Part shown: piece by piece, positions 1 to 12,848 of the stretch
How positions within the stretch are numbered: the first letter of the stretch is position 1
Layout of the letters: every line of letters starts with the position of its first letter
NCBI RefSeq assembly: GCF_009914755.1
Contig: NC_060931.1
Source of the DNA: the human T2T-CHM13v2.0 reference genome, Homo sapiens
Strand: one strand, 5' to 3'
DNA: 64,000 nucleotides
Program-made: the position numbers and the translations under genes
The notes under the pieces: model-generated
Database searches by the model: none
What the model was told of the DNA's origin: nothing
What the model saw: the letters and a program-made list of their open reading frames with translations, nothing else

Positions 1-487
1 TCCTGACTACTCAACACAGGCTGTCTTGAGCCTGACCTTACTCCCAGCCACTAGGGAGCCAATCTGAGCCCGCCATGCCAAGGAGCCCTGCCCACCAACG
101 AATCAATGTTTTATCTCTGTCCTGAAGTTGCATCAGGATCTCATATCCCCCACCCTGTTAGATGAGGGGGTCCTGATGTGCTTTCCCAGTTCCTCTAAAA
201 TTGGAAAACTCTTAAAGATTGAGCCCCTGCCCCCCTCCATCATTTTATTTTTTGGCTTAGAAGATACCTCTAAATTGGGGGAACTCCTTCATCTCTCATG
301 GCTAAAATTTGTAGCAGGGATTTCACTCAGAACCTCTATGGGATTTGTGCCTGATGTGACTTCCACTGGACTTTGGGGTTCTCAACACATCATGTATTTT
401 GGGGGTTCCCTTTTTGTCCTCTCCTCCATTCAAGGACTACTGTCTTACTTCATTAAAATACAGAGAATTTTGCTGAAAAAAAATAAA
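1..487 (+). pseudogene. ARAFP: ARAF processed pseudogene, 3' end (last codons, 3'UTR, ATTAAA at 452-457, A-tail at 476-487)
   Basis: Mirror of 61112-61598, which is contiguous with ARAF kinase-domain sequence; has a poly(A) signal and A-tail. Confidence 0.8.
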
Positions 488-739
488 GTGTTTCAAATAA
501 AACCTTCCCAACCTTTGCCTCTGGGGAAAACATAATTTTATTAAATTATTTATGTATGTATTTGACCTCTGCTCTAAAAAGAGACACTACTCACTTCACA
601 CAAGGCTGTTAGTTATTTAAAAACATCCTTGAAAAGATTGTCCAAATGGAAGCTTATATAAGATGTAAAACAAATTAACCAACAGGTCTATAAAAATTGG
701 CTCCCAACAGAGTACAACATACACTTAAAAATACAGAAA

Positions 740-1260
740 TATTGGTACAACCATTACAGAAACACTGTGAAGCTTTCTCAAATAATTAAAATAGAATTGC
801 CATATTATCCAGCAATTTCACTTCCAGATATATAACCAAAGAAAATAAAATTAGTATCTAAAAGAGACACCTGCCCTTCTGTATTCATAGCAGAATTATT
901 TACAATGACAGAGACATGCAAACAATCTAGGTATCCATTAATAGATGAACGGGTAAAGAAATTATGGAATATTTATATAATGGAATATTATTCAGCCATA
1001 AAAAAGAGAATTCTGCCATTTGCTACAATACGAATGAACCTAGAGGACATTAGGTTAAATGAAATAAGCTAGACACAGAATGACAAATACTGTTTGATTT
1101 CACTCATATATGAAGCCAAAAATGTCAAAGTCATAGAAACAGAGAGTCCACAGTGGTTGCTAGGGGGTGGTGGCTGGCAGAAATGAAGACACGGTGATCA
1201 AAACTTTTAGATATAAAATAAACAAGTTCCGGTGATTTAGTGCACAGCATGGATGTTCAC
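740..1260 (+). mobile_element. Old L1 (L1MA/L1MB) 3' end; mirror at 60339-60859
   Basis: atagaattgccatattatccagcaat...gaatgaacctagaggacattaggttaaatgaaataagctag, typical L1M ORF2-end/3'UTR sequence. Confidence 0.75.
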
Positions 1261-1264
1261 GAAT

Positions 1265-1390
1265 GTTGTCTTAGGCTATCCCTATTTCTGTAATAAAATA
1301 CTTTAGAACAGGTAATTTATATAGAGTCTAAACTTACTTCTCACAGTTACAGAGGCTGAGAAGTCCAAGACCAGGGCACTAGCAGATACA
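1265..1390. mobile_element. MaLR LTR fragment (MST/MLT1); mirror at 60209-60334
   Basis: ttacttctcacagttacagaggctgagaagtccaagacc motif. Confidence 0.6.
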
Positions 1391-2581
1391 CATAATATAG
1401 TACCTGCTAATTACATTAATTTGATAATTGCACCATATATATGTATGTAGGTAGGTATTGGAGCTTCACATTTTAACCTTATATTCATTTTATGAAAACG
1501 TTGCTCCTGTACAACTTTATTCTGTCTTTCCCTCCTAGTTTGGGTACTAATGTTTAAATCTACATATGTTACAAACACAACAGTTTGTAGTTATCTGCTT
1601 ACATAATTTTATTTTTTTAAATAAGCTGAAATAAGAAAAAAGAGCACTTGTGTATTTACAGGTTTGTTTTGTTAAACTTCTTATTATTCATTATGTTATT
1701 GTAATCCTTCACTTTTTCTGACGTACTTTTTTAAATCTTTGTAGATACAAGTTATTATCTGGAAAGATTTTCTTAGCCCAATATATCTTTTCTTGAACCC
1801 ACTTTCTCTGTGCTGTAATTGGCAAATAAATTAAATTTCTTTATGTTATAGCACTGAAGATCCCATTACAAACAATATTACACAGTTGCTTTTGACAATC
1901 AGATAATATGAGAAAAAAATTTCTTATATTGCCTTAAATATTTGTTACATTTACTAGTCCTCTTTGTCTTTTGGGGGCATTAAAATTATCTGGGATTACT
2001 TGCATTCAGCCTGAAAACTTATTTTTATTCTTTCTCAAATGATCTGTCTGCTATCAAAAAATTGCCTCAGCTTTTATTTACCTGAAATGTCTTTTTTATT
2101 TATTTTTAATTGATAGTTTTTCTGAGGATAAAATTTTTAGTGGACATTTTTTCATCTTTGAGCATTGAAATATGTATATATTCTTAGAAGTTGAAAAGCT
2201 TTTAAGAAGAAAAAAAGTTTTGATCTGAGAATGTTCAGTGATTTGAGGAATTCAGAAGGGAAGGAAATGCTTTCTGATGAGTGAGCCACAAGTACTCTAT
2301 GAGTATAGATAATGTGCACCCTACATGGGTGTGATTGTGGATGTATGGAAGTTTCAGATACGTATAACTTATTTGTTGTAAGATAAAATGCTTAGGCTAC
2401 ATTTTAAAGAATTTATATGAGATAGTCCAGGTTAATCAGGATAAATGGGTAAAATTAAAATGATAATATTGGTAATAATTTTGACCGTGCAATAAATAAT
2501 ACTGATGATAGGATATCTATTGCTTTTTCAGATATATAAAATATGATCCCTCTTCACCATTAAGACGACCATAGTCCACTT

Positions 2582-3470
2582 ATGACACTATTAAAAATTG
2601 CCCTTTTTTCCCAAGCTGGTATTGGACTCACAGCCAACACCTTCCTCCTTTTCTTCTGTATCTGCACACTCCCTCTGGACTGCAGGCCTAAGCCCACTGA
2701 CCTCATCACCTGTCACCTGGCCCTTGTCCACTTAGTGATGCTCCTCACTGTGAGCTTCTTGGCATCTCTGGACCTCTTTGAGTCACAGTATTTTCAGAAT
2801 GACTTCAAGTGTAAGGTATTCTTCTACATGCATAGAGGGATGAGGGCTCTCCATCTGCACCACCTGCCTCCGGAGTGTGCTCCAGGCTGTCACCATTACC
2901 CCCGGCACCTCCTGGTTGGCAAGAATTAAACAGAAATTCACACATTGCATCTTTCACTTCTTGGGGTTCTCAGTTTCTTTCTCAGTAGTAACCTGCCTTC
3001 CTCCACTGTGGCCTCTTCTAATGTGACCGACAGCAATGTGCCAAGTATCAGTAAATACTGTTCACTTTCTTACATAAGCTACATCATCAGGAGTCTGTCT
3101 TTCATGCTGCCACTACTTGCAGATGTCTTCTTTGTAGCAGTCATGTTGCTCTCAAGGGCATACATGGTAATTCTTTTGTCCAGGCATCAGAGACAACCCC
3201 AGTACCTTCCCAGCACCAACCTGTCTGCAAAAGCCTCCCCAGAGAAAAGGGCCACCTAGACCATTCCGATGCTGGTGAGTTGCTTTGTGCTCATGTATTG
3301 GGTGGGCCTCATCATCTCATCCTCCTCAACCCTGTTATGGGCTTATGACTCATTCATCATGGGTGTCCAGATGCTTATGGGCAATTTCTATCTGTTAGCC
3401 CTTTTATGCTAATTAGTTCTGATAATAGAATAATCAAAATTTTGCATAATGTGTTATATAAATATCATAG
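2582..3470 (+). pseudogene. Vomeronasal type-1 receptor (VN1R) pseudogene
   Basis: IGLTANTFLL, RPKPTDLITCHLALVH, DFKCK, SICTTCL, SKYCS, LSRHQRQ..YL.ST.LS.KASPEKRAT. Frameshift near 2846 and stop at 3257-3259. Confidence 0.93.
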
Positions 3471-4029
3471 ATGATAATAAATTATGAAAATAATTATCTG
3501 AAAAACAGATTTGGACATCAAATAATTCAAGAAGCAGGTGATTTTATATATTATTTTATTACACTTTTATTTCATCTAAATACTTTTGAAAACTATGCTG
3601 CCAAGAACTTGGTGGTTTCTTTAAAGTCCACCGTCATAGTCCCCTGTGTCCACAAGTTTCTTATATTTAATTTTGATCCCTTAAGTTTTATATAAGACAA
3701 CTTTTCTATCTTCTTGAAGTGTACACTTAAGATGCTCCTGTTGGTAGATAAAATTTCTCTTTGTGTGTGTGTGTGTGTTTTACTTCTGAAGGTTATTTAG
3801 TTTACCCTTATTTATTAAATATATGCTAGCTATGTATTCAGTTACTGGTTGAACAATAATTTTTCAGCACTCTTAATATTTCCTTCTCAGTTTTCTGGCT
3901 CTGCCTGGGCTGTGGAGATTTCACTCTCACATGTGTAGATTCTCTCTCTCTCTCTCATGGCTTTGAAGTTTCTTCATTCTCTTTGGTGTTATGCAGTTTG
4001 ACTTATGGTGTTGGATATCTTTCTTTATT

Positions 4030-4332
4030 GCTTTTTCTTTTTTTAATTTGGTGACGGAATCTTGCTCTGTCACCCAGGCTGGAGTCTTGGCTCGCTGCAA
4101 CCTCCGCCTCTCGGGTTCAAGGGATTCTCCTGCCTCAACCTCCGGAGTAGCTGGGATCACAGGCAGCTGACACCATGCCCGGCTAAGTTTTTTGTATTTT
4201 TTTGTATTTTTAGTAGACACGGGGTTTCACCTGGTTGGCCAGGTTGGTCTTCAACTCCTGACCTCAAGTGACCCGCCCTCCTTGGCCTCGCAAAGTGCTG
4301 TGATTACAGATGTGAGCCACTACACCCAGCCT
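4030..4332 (-). mobile_element. Alu (S-like)
   Basis: Reverse Alu consensus with T-rich tail. Confidence 0.9.
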
Positions 4333-4908
4333 CTTTATTGCTTGCTTTCAGGCACAGTGTCTCTTTTAGGCACATGTCTGGTTTTTACTTTTAGAAATTT
4401 GTAAATAATTATTTATTAGTATGACTTATTATTTGTATGAATTCAAGTGAAATAATTGTGCTTTATTCTTTGTCATTCTATTCTTCACATATGTATAATT
4501 ACATTCATATTACTATTATTTTGTTTCTCTTTCTTTTATTTGGTTATATTCGTTCTGCTCAAAATTTCAGTTCATTAATCCAGTTCACTAATTCTCTCAT
4601 CAACGTAGTCTAATTTTATAATTAACTCACATATCGTATATTAAATTTCTTTATGTTTAAATTATTCCATTTCTATTTGACTCTTTTCCAAATTTCCTCA
4701 TTCAGTTTATAGTTTCCTGCTCTTTCAAAAATTATTTGGATATCATCTTTTCCTCAATTGTTTTTACCTAAACATTTAAAATATTTAAATTTAATATTTT
4801 ATATTAATATGTACAAATATAAATATATTTATAATACTTTTAAAATTTAAAATATTACAAATATATTTCCAGTATGCAAAGTTTATGTGATATCAAATTT
4901 CTTCCAAC

Positions 4909-5190
<282 letters not shown>

Positions 5191-5240
5191 AATCTTCTAA
5201 CCCTTTTTCCTCGTAGCTTATTTTCTTCTGTGCTTCATAC

Positions 5241-6850
5241 TTTTTATTTATTTTTTATTTTTTACAATAGGATCCGGTTTATTCTGCCTTGGCAGGGTGA
5301 TCCTGAGAGTGGTGGGTGTCACCCTCTCCTGGGCAGAGGGAGGGGCCGTGGGCCAGTCAAGCCAATGGTAGGAGAAGCGCTGGTGAGGGGTGGAATTTGG
5401 GGTTCAGGGGTGTAACCCCAAGAATGCAGTGAAACCAGGCCGAGGCCCAGAGGCAGCTGTGGTAGGCCAGGGCAGGGTGGAAGGCAGTGGACTGGGCCCG
5501 GGCCGGGATGACAGGGCCAAGGACTCAGGCCACACTGGCACCCCGGGAGGCGGGGCGCAGTGTCGCATGACGTAGAAAATGAATCACAGGCCCAGGGCTC
5601 ACAATAAGCACATGGACAAGTGGGCACAGACTCACAGGCCAGATGGACCTCCAGCCACGGCCGGGCCAGACTCGTGGACACAGGCGCAGTGTCACGTACA
5701 GACCACGGGGAGACATGGCACTAGGGGACAAATGGACGTGACACCACAATGCACAGGGCAGGCCACAGAGCTCGAGGGACGTGGGCAGGGGCCTTTTGGC
5801 ATTTCTGCGCTGGAATCATGTGAGACAAGGGTGGTGGCCGCTCTGGAGGTGCCTGGGGGGTTCCCTCATTACCCCTCTGGGCTTAGTCCATCCTCCACAC
5901 TGTTGTGCAGCTTCTCCACCTCCTGGTAGAGGATAAATACTGTTACCCTTATCCCTGGTCACATCCAGGGAGACGCGGTCCAGCGGCCCAGGCGGGGGAC
6001 AGTGCCGTTCTAGAGGTCCTTGAGCCCCTCCTTCCTCAGGATCTGCAGCCATAGGCCGGTGTGTTCCGCGTTTGTGCTGCTCCAGGCCCCGCATCCGGTC
6101 TCGATCCCATCCAGAGGAGCGTTTCCCAAGACACTGGCTGCGCCCACAATGGCTCCGAAGACCCCAGCGACCAGCGGGTCCATGGGCTTGCTGGGGTTGT
6201 CCCCTCGGTACCAGCTGTGCAGGGAGGTCAGGAGGAGAAGCAGACGGCCTGGTTCCAGCCCTGCTTTAGCGTGGGTGCCATGAGGCCCCGGTGAGTCCCC
6301 TTGTTCTCGCACAATCTCTCTAACCTGGTGGGAGACTCCTCTGCACTGGAGGTCTGGGAAGGTCTGGCCGTGGATGAACTTCACCTTGATGGTGTCCATG
6401 GAACATACGACCACCATGGCCTCGGCCACGCCAGCGCCCTGGCCGCACCGCAGCCAGCGCTGCCGTCAGGCCGTCCCTGGGCATCCCGCGTCTGGCTGCT
6501 GTGGAACTGGAACATTCAGAACCCAACGCCGCCCTGGAGACAAGAGCCGCAGAGCAGGGAGCCGAGGCCGCGGTGCCGGCCCGGGACGCCATGACCGCGA
6601 CAGTGCGCACGCGGGATCCATGCGCGGTGCCCGGCTGGTGCCAGCGCTCGTCCGGCTGCAGCTACGACCTCCCGCGCTCCGTGGGGAGCGGACGCCCATT
6701 TCAATGCCGCCGGCCAGGCCGCCTGCTGGTGTCGCCTTCCCCGGAGCCTCCGCTGGGCCTTCCCGGACGCGGCGCGGCGTGGCCACGGCGGGCGGGAGGC
6801 GGGCGCCCGCTGTGATCTGAAGTCCCAGCCTCCTAAACTCCGCACTGGGA
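5241..6850 (-). pseudogene. SLC25A1P: SLC25A1 (mitochondrial citrate carrier) processed pseudogene
   Basis: [79 protein letters not shown]. Intronless, with 3'UTR, AATAAA and A-tail; multiple frameshifts. Confidence 0.95.
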
Positions 6851-9189
6851 CCTTAATTTGGTTTTAACACAAATGAAGATCTCACTAAAGATAAAAAGGG
6901 ATGTCTTGGCTTCTAATTTTTGTTAAAAGCAATAGCATATGTTGTATAGGATAGTGCATTGGGGTAAATCTTTTTTTTATTATTTTTATTTTTTCATCAG
7001 CCCACTGACATTGAAAGGGGATAGGTTTTAGGTTATTGACGAGCAGTTTTCTCTCAGATAACTGCCTTAGTATAGGGGTTTGTGGTCATGTTGATGAGAG
7101 GGTAGGCTGGGGTTAAAAGTCGTTATGGCAGTAACAACCTTCTGAGGACCAGGAAATTCAAATCCCTCTCATGATACTTTGCTAATATCTCCCGAGTTTG
7201 CTGTGCCTTCCCTTTGTGCCTCTTCCCACACGTGGTTTCTTGCACTTGGCCCAGCTATATTCCACTGTTTTGACTCCATGCTTCTTAGCCTGGTGGCAGT
7301 GGTGAGGGAGTGAGGAGATCTCTAATGTTCTGAGGAAGCCTCAGACTTAGCACTGTGAACTGGGGTGTGGGGTTACTGACCGTTGAAGAGTTTCCTGCCC
7401 ATCCTGTACATGCAATGCCAGGACAAGAGCACATTCCTGTCCCTCCTTGTCCATGGTAGGGGAAACGTGCTCCTTCTCCATGCTCTTAACTCCCAGTTGA
7501 AGTGGGCCTTGAACAGTGCCCTGTAAATTAATGGTTTCTTTTCTTTATGGGAGATGCATCTGTGCAGAAATGCGGGTGTTGGCCTTGTTCCTTCACCCTC
7601 AGTTCCATGAGCTTTTCCCCAGTGCCCTTTGGCTCAGGTTTGGATGCTCTTTCTCTGCAGATTAGGCCTCATGTTATATAGGAGAGATGTGAGGGCTGTG
7701 TCTCCAGAGTTGCAGTAGTGGATGGGATAGTGGTCCCTCCCCATCAGCACTGTGGGGTAAGCATCCTCAGGATTCTAACCCCATCTTCCCTGACAGGCCT
7801 TGTAGGGTTCCTAGAAAAATTATACACAACGGTATAAACCCTACGTCTGTAGACTCCAGGGTTTCTCATTCTCCTCACCCACCCACACACAGCCACCAGG
7901 AACTAGTTCAAAAGTTCTGGCTTAATTTTACCAGTTTACATGGTCTTCAGGGTACACATAAAAGCCTGGAGCCTGTGTGACCTGCAGGCTTTCTGCATCC
8001 CCTGATGTTGGGTTTGTAGTCTGCCCTGTGACCTCAGTTCTTTAAAGGGCTCAGGAGAAACCATCCATTCATTTGAAGTTTCTCCAGCATTTTTGTTTGT
8101 TTGTTTAATGTGTAGGAGCAACTCTTTGTCAGGTCTCTATATCTACAAACTTAACTCAGAAACTAATATTTTTAAATATATTTCTTTTCTATCATACTTT
8201 TAGTGCTCCTCTACCTATGCTAATTGTTCTTCAGTATTTTTTATATTTGTATGTCTTTATCTATTTTAAAATCAGGTTTAATTCCTTCTTAATCAAATTA
8301 ATAACTTTTCATTTATTTCCCTACGTAACTTTCTTTTCAGACGTTTAAAGTATTGCTGTGTGTTTCAAGTGGAGGAGGTCATATTACAACTGACATTTGT
8401 CCTTGACTACTGGACATATCACACCAGCCCTGATTGCAGTTATACTTGAAGCCAGATCTACCCTTAACGTATATTCATTTTACTATTCAATAAATATTAA
8501 CTTATCATGAATGGTATATATTGTTACAGTTGTAGGTTTATGGACCTGAATAGACAATAAAATAAATAAAACCCAAATTACATGGCTTCAGGGGGGGTAT
8601 AACTTTTTATTAAGTTTTTAGTTAAAACATTTTTGCCTTTCTGTGATTTGCAACTTTGAGTGATTGCCTTGAAAAAGGAACCAGAGTTGAAACTGAAGTA
8701 GTAGGTGTTGGTGAGATTTTGATGGCTAAGAGCATCGGGCTCATTTTGTAACTGAAGGGGAAATTAGAACAGGTCACCAGTTCCATCTGACCACAATGCA
8801 GTTGGAATAATCACCATGGCAACCCATGACTTGTATTTTAGGGGAGAAGAATTGGAAATAAAATGACCAAGCATAAAGCTGACCCAGTCTACATGGATCT
8901 TTGTCTTTAAAACATATCTGCAATACTCATGTAGGCAGTGTATAAATAACTTGTCAGAAATATCGTTTATGCCAAGGTTCTTCTTGAATTTTCAGGATTT
9001 TGCTTCTCCAGTAGTGAGTGTGTTACTGAGCAAAAGGGGCTTTCTATCCAAAACACTAGAACCCAAAACTGTGGCACTGGGTTTTTCTTTTTAAGAAAAA
9101 AAAAAAAAAGCTGCTCCTTATTATAATTTTTGTTTATATTATAATTATGTAAGTATAATTTTAATTTTATTATAAATTTGCTTTATTAT

Positions 9190-9485
9190 AATTTTTATTT
9201 CAGTATCACTTACAGTACAAGTGGTTTTTGGTTACGTGGATGAATTATATAGCAGTGAATTCTGAGATTTTAGTGCACCTGTCACCTGAGTAGTTTATAT
9301 TGTACCAAATAGGTAGTTTTTTCATCCCTCATCCACCTCCCACTCTCTGCTTCTGAGTCTCCAAAGTCCATTACATCACTCTGTATGCCTTTGCATACGC
9401 ATAGCTTAACTCCCACTTATAAGTGAAAAATAATAGTATTTTATTTTCCATTCTTGAGTTATTTCACTTAAAATAATGGCCTCAT
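9190..9485 (-). mobile_element. L1PB-like 3' end; mirror at 52114-52409
   Basis: ggtttttggttacgtggatgaattatatagcagtgaattctgagattttagtgcacc, L1PB 3'UTR in antisense. Confidence 0.75.
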
Positions 9486-10079
9486 ATCCCTTGCCCTGAA
9501 ATTAACAGCCAGCAGGGGTGTCCTCAGTATCAAAACAAGTCGACCACACAAAGCCGTCAAAGACTCCAGGAACCCAGGTCCATGGGGTGCAGCCCTGCAA
9601 GGTGGAAAAGCTGACCAAGTCTTCCTTCCAGCCAAATCTGGAAGAAAGGCCCCTTGCCTGGAGCAGTGTTCCTGGTACCCAGGCCTCTGTGGGCATCCCT
9701 CAGCACAAAGACCCTCTCCAAGGGGCATGGGCCGGCCCTTCCAGGACCACCAGCCCAGCTCCAGAAGCCCATGGGTCATCCCCACCCTCACCTGACTGAG
9801 CTGTCCCTGAGGCTAAGGCCCAGCAGCATGAAGAGACTTCCACAGAAACCAGGGCAATAGGCTGCTCTCTGGCGGCACTGGGGGCTCAGGGTCTGGCTAG
9901 CCTGTCCCTGGCTCAAGTCACATGCCTGGAAATTAGGGTTTTCTCCTCTGCTCTTAGCATCTCCTGGGTAAACCAATAATTACCCTCCTTCATGTCTCAA
10001 AATTCACATCCATGTAAAAGGCTCTGGTGAGGGTGACATTTCCAGGAAGCCACAGCCCATGTCAACCCCCTGCAAAGCT

Positions 10080-11170
10080 GTGACCTTGTCCGCGGGCAGG
10101 TGAGGCGGCGGAGTTCTCCCAAAAGCCGGTGAACTGGCGCTCTGGCTGGAGAGCGCGGAGGGCGGCAGCACAATGGACAGCGTCTGGGACCTCAGGCCAG
10201 TTCCACAGCAGCCTAGGAAAGCAGGCGGCTCCTGTGCTGGAGGAGGCGTGATGCTCTGGAGGGAAACCGAGCTGAGCAGCGAGAGGTGGGGTGAGGCTGA
10301 GACCCGCCCGATTTAGGCAAAGATGAGGTGCACTTCGCAGCGTCACACTCTTCTCACTGCCCAGCCCCGACTTGCCCCTTAAGTCCCTCTCTGGACTCAC
10401 TCCCCTTAGCCAGGGATGGCACAGAATCAGTGGCCAGCATAGGTTTGGAAGCAGAGAGGTCCACACGGCTTGCGCCTCCCTCCGGGACTGCTCACCACCC
10501 CGCAGCCCGGCGCTTGCTGGGACTGTAGGCCGGTAGCCCTGCGACCAACAGCCGAAAGCGGTTAAGAAACTACTCCCAGAATGCCTGGCGAGGCGCGCAC
10601 CACGCGGCCCCTTCCTCCAGGCATTCGCACCACCCCCCACTCCCGTTGCATGCTGGGATTGTAGTTGATCGCCTGCGATCAACGGCCGGAAGCGGCTAAA
10701 ACTACTCCTGCCTGCATACCCCGCAGGAGCAAACCGCGCCATGTCTCCCTCCAGGGATCCGCACCGCTCACAATCCTGTTTAGTGCTGGGATTGTAGTCC
10801 TGCGAGCCTACGACTAATAGCTGGGTGCGGATAAGAGACTACAGCTCCCCCCATTCCCAGCAAAGGTCCCTCCTCCACCGAGCTCCTCCAGGCTTCCAGT
10901 GCAGTTCCGCCGTGCGGAGGGAAGCTTGGCTGTTCACAAACCTCTCCTGCCCGCGAGGAGACAGCTTGGCCAGGGCGGCTGATCTCACCTTGTCATTGTG
11001 ACACGGTGTCTCCCCAACGTGCTGGCTTCATGACTTGTGCCCAGAGTTTGATTTTCCACAGACCAGGTAGAGGCCAAGAGCCTCTCACAGACTCTGCAGC
11101 AGGGTTGCTATGGTAACGCTTGCGCCCCCGCCCCCCCCAGCAGCCGGCTCGACACCGCCCTTTCCCTCTG
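10080..11170. promoter_or_regulatory. CpG island / promoter-like region with ZNF143-THAP11 motif cluster, ETS site and RFX X-box
   Basis: High GC and CpG. ACTACAnTCCCA-type motifs at ~10512, 10568, 10648, 10783 and 10838; CCGGAAG at 10686; GTTGCTATGGTAAC at 11104-11117. Confidence 0.8.
10895..11116 (+). pseudogene. TP53TG3-like fragment
   Basis: A frame absent from the ORF track reads SSAVPPCGGKLGCSQTSPAREETAWPGRLISPCHCDTVSPQRAGFMTCAQSLIFHRPGRGQEPLTDSAAGLLW*. This is colinear with the TP53TG3 C-terminal half as recalled (AVSPCGEE..ISPAEET..GRLVSPGNCDTLSP..AGF..SLI..PLTASAAGL). Confidence 0.7.
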
Positions 11171-12461
11171 AAGGGCCACTCGTTTTAGCCACGTCCTCTT
11201 ATTGTCCCTCCCCTGGCCACACCCCTTCAGACATGCGTAGTGCTCCCCTTGGTCCAGCGCGGGAAGCTCCCTCGTGAGTGTCCGAAACTATTAGCTCACT
11301 CACTGCCTCATGTGAAGGTACCCAGTCTCTGGTAACCTGGCACTTCCCTTTTGAAAACCACCTTTTTCTCTCTCTCTGGGCTGCCACGAATCCCCCTGTA
11401 CTCCCCAGATGCACCTGTTGGACCCCGGGCTGGCTGCATGGCCCACACCTGGGTCAGGCCTCGCACAGGGGCGCTCCTGCCACTATAATAACGATGAGAA
11501 AATGTCCCAGGGGAAAGGCCTGACCCTGCTGCATCCAGTCAGGAAACTGCCACGGGGAAGGGACCACCTAAACTACTTTGCGAGCCACATCCACCACTTC
11601 TTTGTCCCCCACCCAGGCTGGTTCCCAGGCCTTGGGGTCCTAGTGTAGACCTCCCGGCCATAACTAACACAGGTGCAGGACCAGAGAGCGCCTTGGTTCC
11701 TCCCAACACATGAGGAAGTTTGTGTGGTGAGGTTTGGACAGTGTCTTTGTTTTTGCTCTGAATAGGGTGCCCTGGAAAAATCTTTACCTCTTATTAAATA
11801 CTCCCTTTGGAACCACTTTTAAGACTTTGCCGATGGAACTTAACAGTGATCATTTATTGAATCCATTTTTCTATTCGCTTTTTTAGATTAACTCTTAAGT
11901 ACTCCACAACTACACGCTTTTGAAACTGGCGTTGGCATAGCGTTAGTTCTGTGCAGGGCGGACGCAGCAGGACAGAATCTCCCTGGGCATCTTTTCGGAG
12001 CATCAATTTTACTGCAAAATTTTGAAAAAACAAATTTAATTGATTTCCAAGGTAAGAAATTAAACCTTGAAAAATAGACTAAAGAGTCATCTGCACCTGA
12101 CATATCAGACTTTCTGCAGGAAGAAAACTCTAAGGAGAGCATATTGTCCATTATTATAAATAGTGAAAATGAGAAATCATAGCAAGTCCCTTGAAAACCC
12201 TGCCCTGCCAGTTTTCTAATAGGGCCTTGGTATGGTTTTATGTGTATTTTCTTTTGAAGTGTGCTCATCTTTTGAATATACAAATTTGAGGTTTTGACCA
12301 AATTTTGCAAGTTTTCAGCTATGAGTTGTTTATTTGCTCTTGTATCATATTTAATTTTTCTGTCTCTCCCTCTCCTTCTCGGACTCAGTCATTCCACAGG
12401 TCTCTAAGGAGCTTTTCATTTTCTTCAAACTTGTTTCACTCTTCAGATTGGATGATGATGA

Positions 12462-12848
<387 letters not shown>

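Noticed and set aside
128-535. 135-aa ORF
   Set aside because: Chance frame in the ARAF pseudogene 3'UTR with a TTG start.
5230-6845. Many overlapping ORFs on both strands
   Set aside because: By-products of the GC-rich, frameshifted SLC25A1 retrocopy.
10062-10742. 226-aa ORF (mirror 50857-51537) as a novel protein gene
   Set aside because: It lies wholly within a GC-rich CpG island where stops are rare, has Ala/Gly/Arg-biased composition and no recognisable domain. The mirror copy is not independent evidence.
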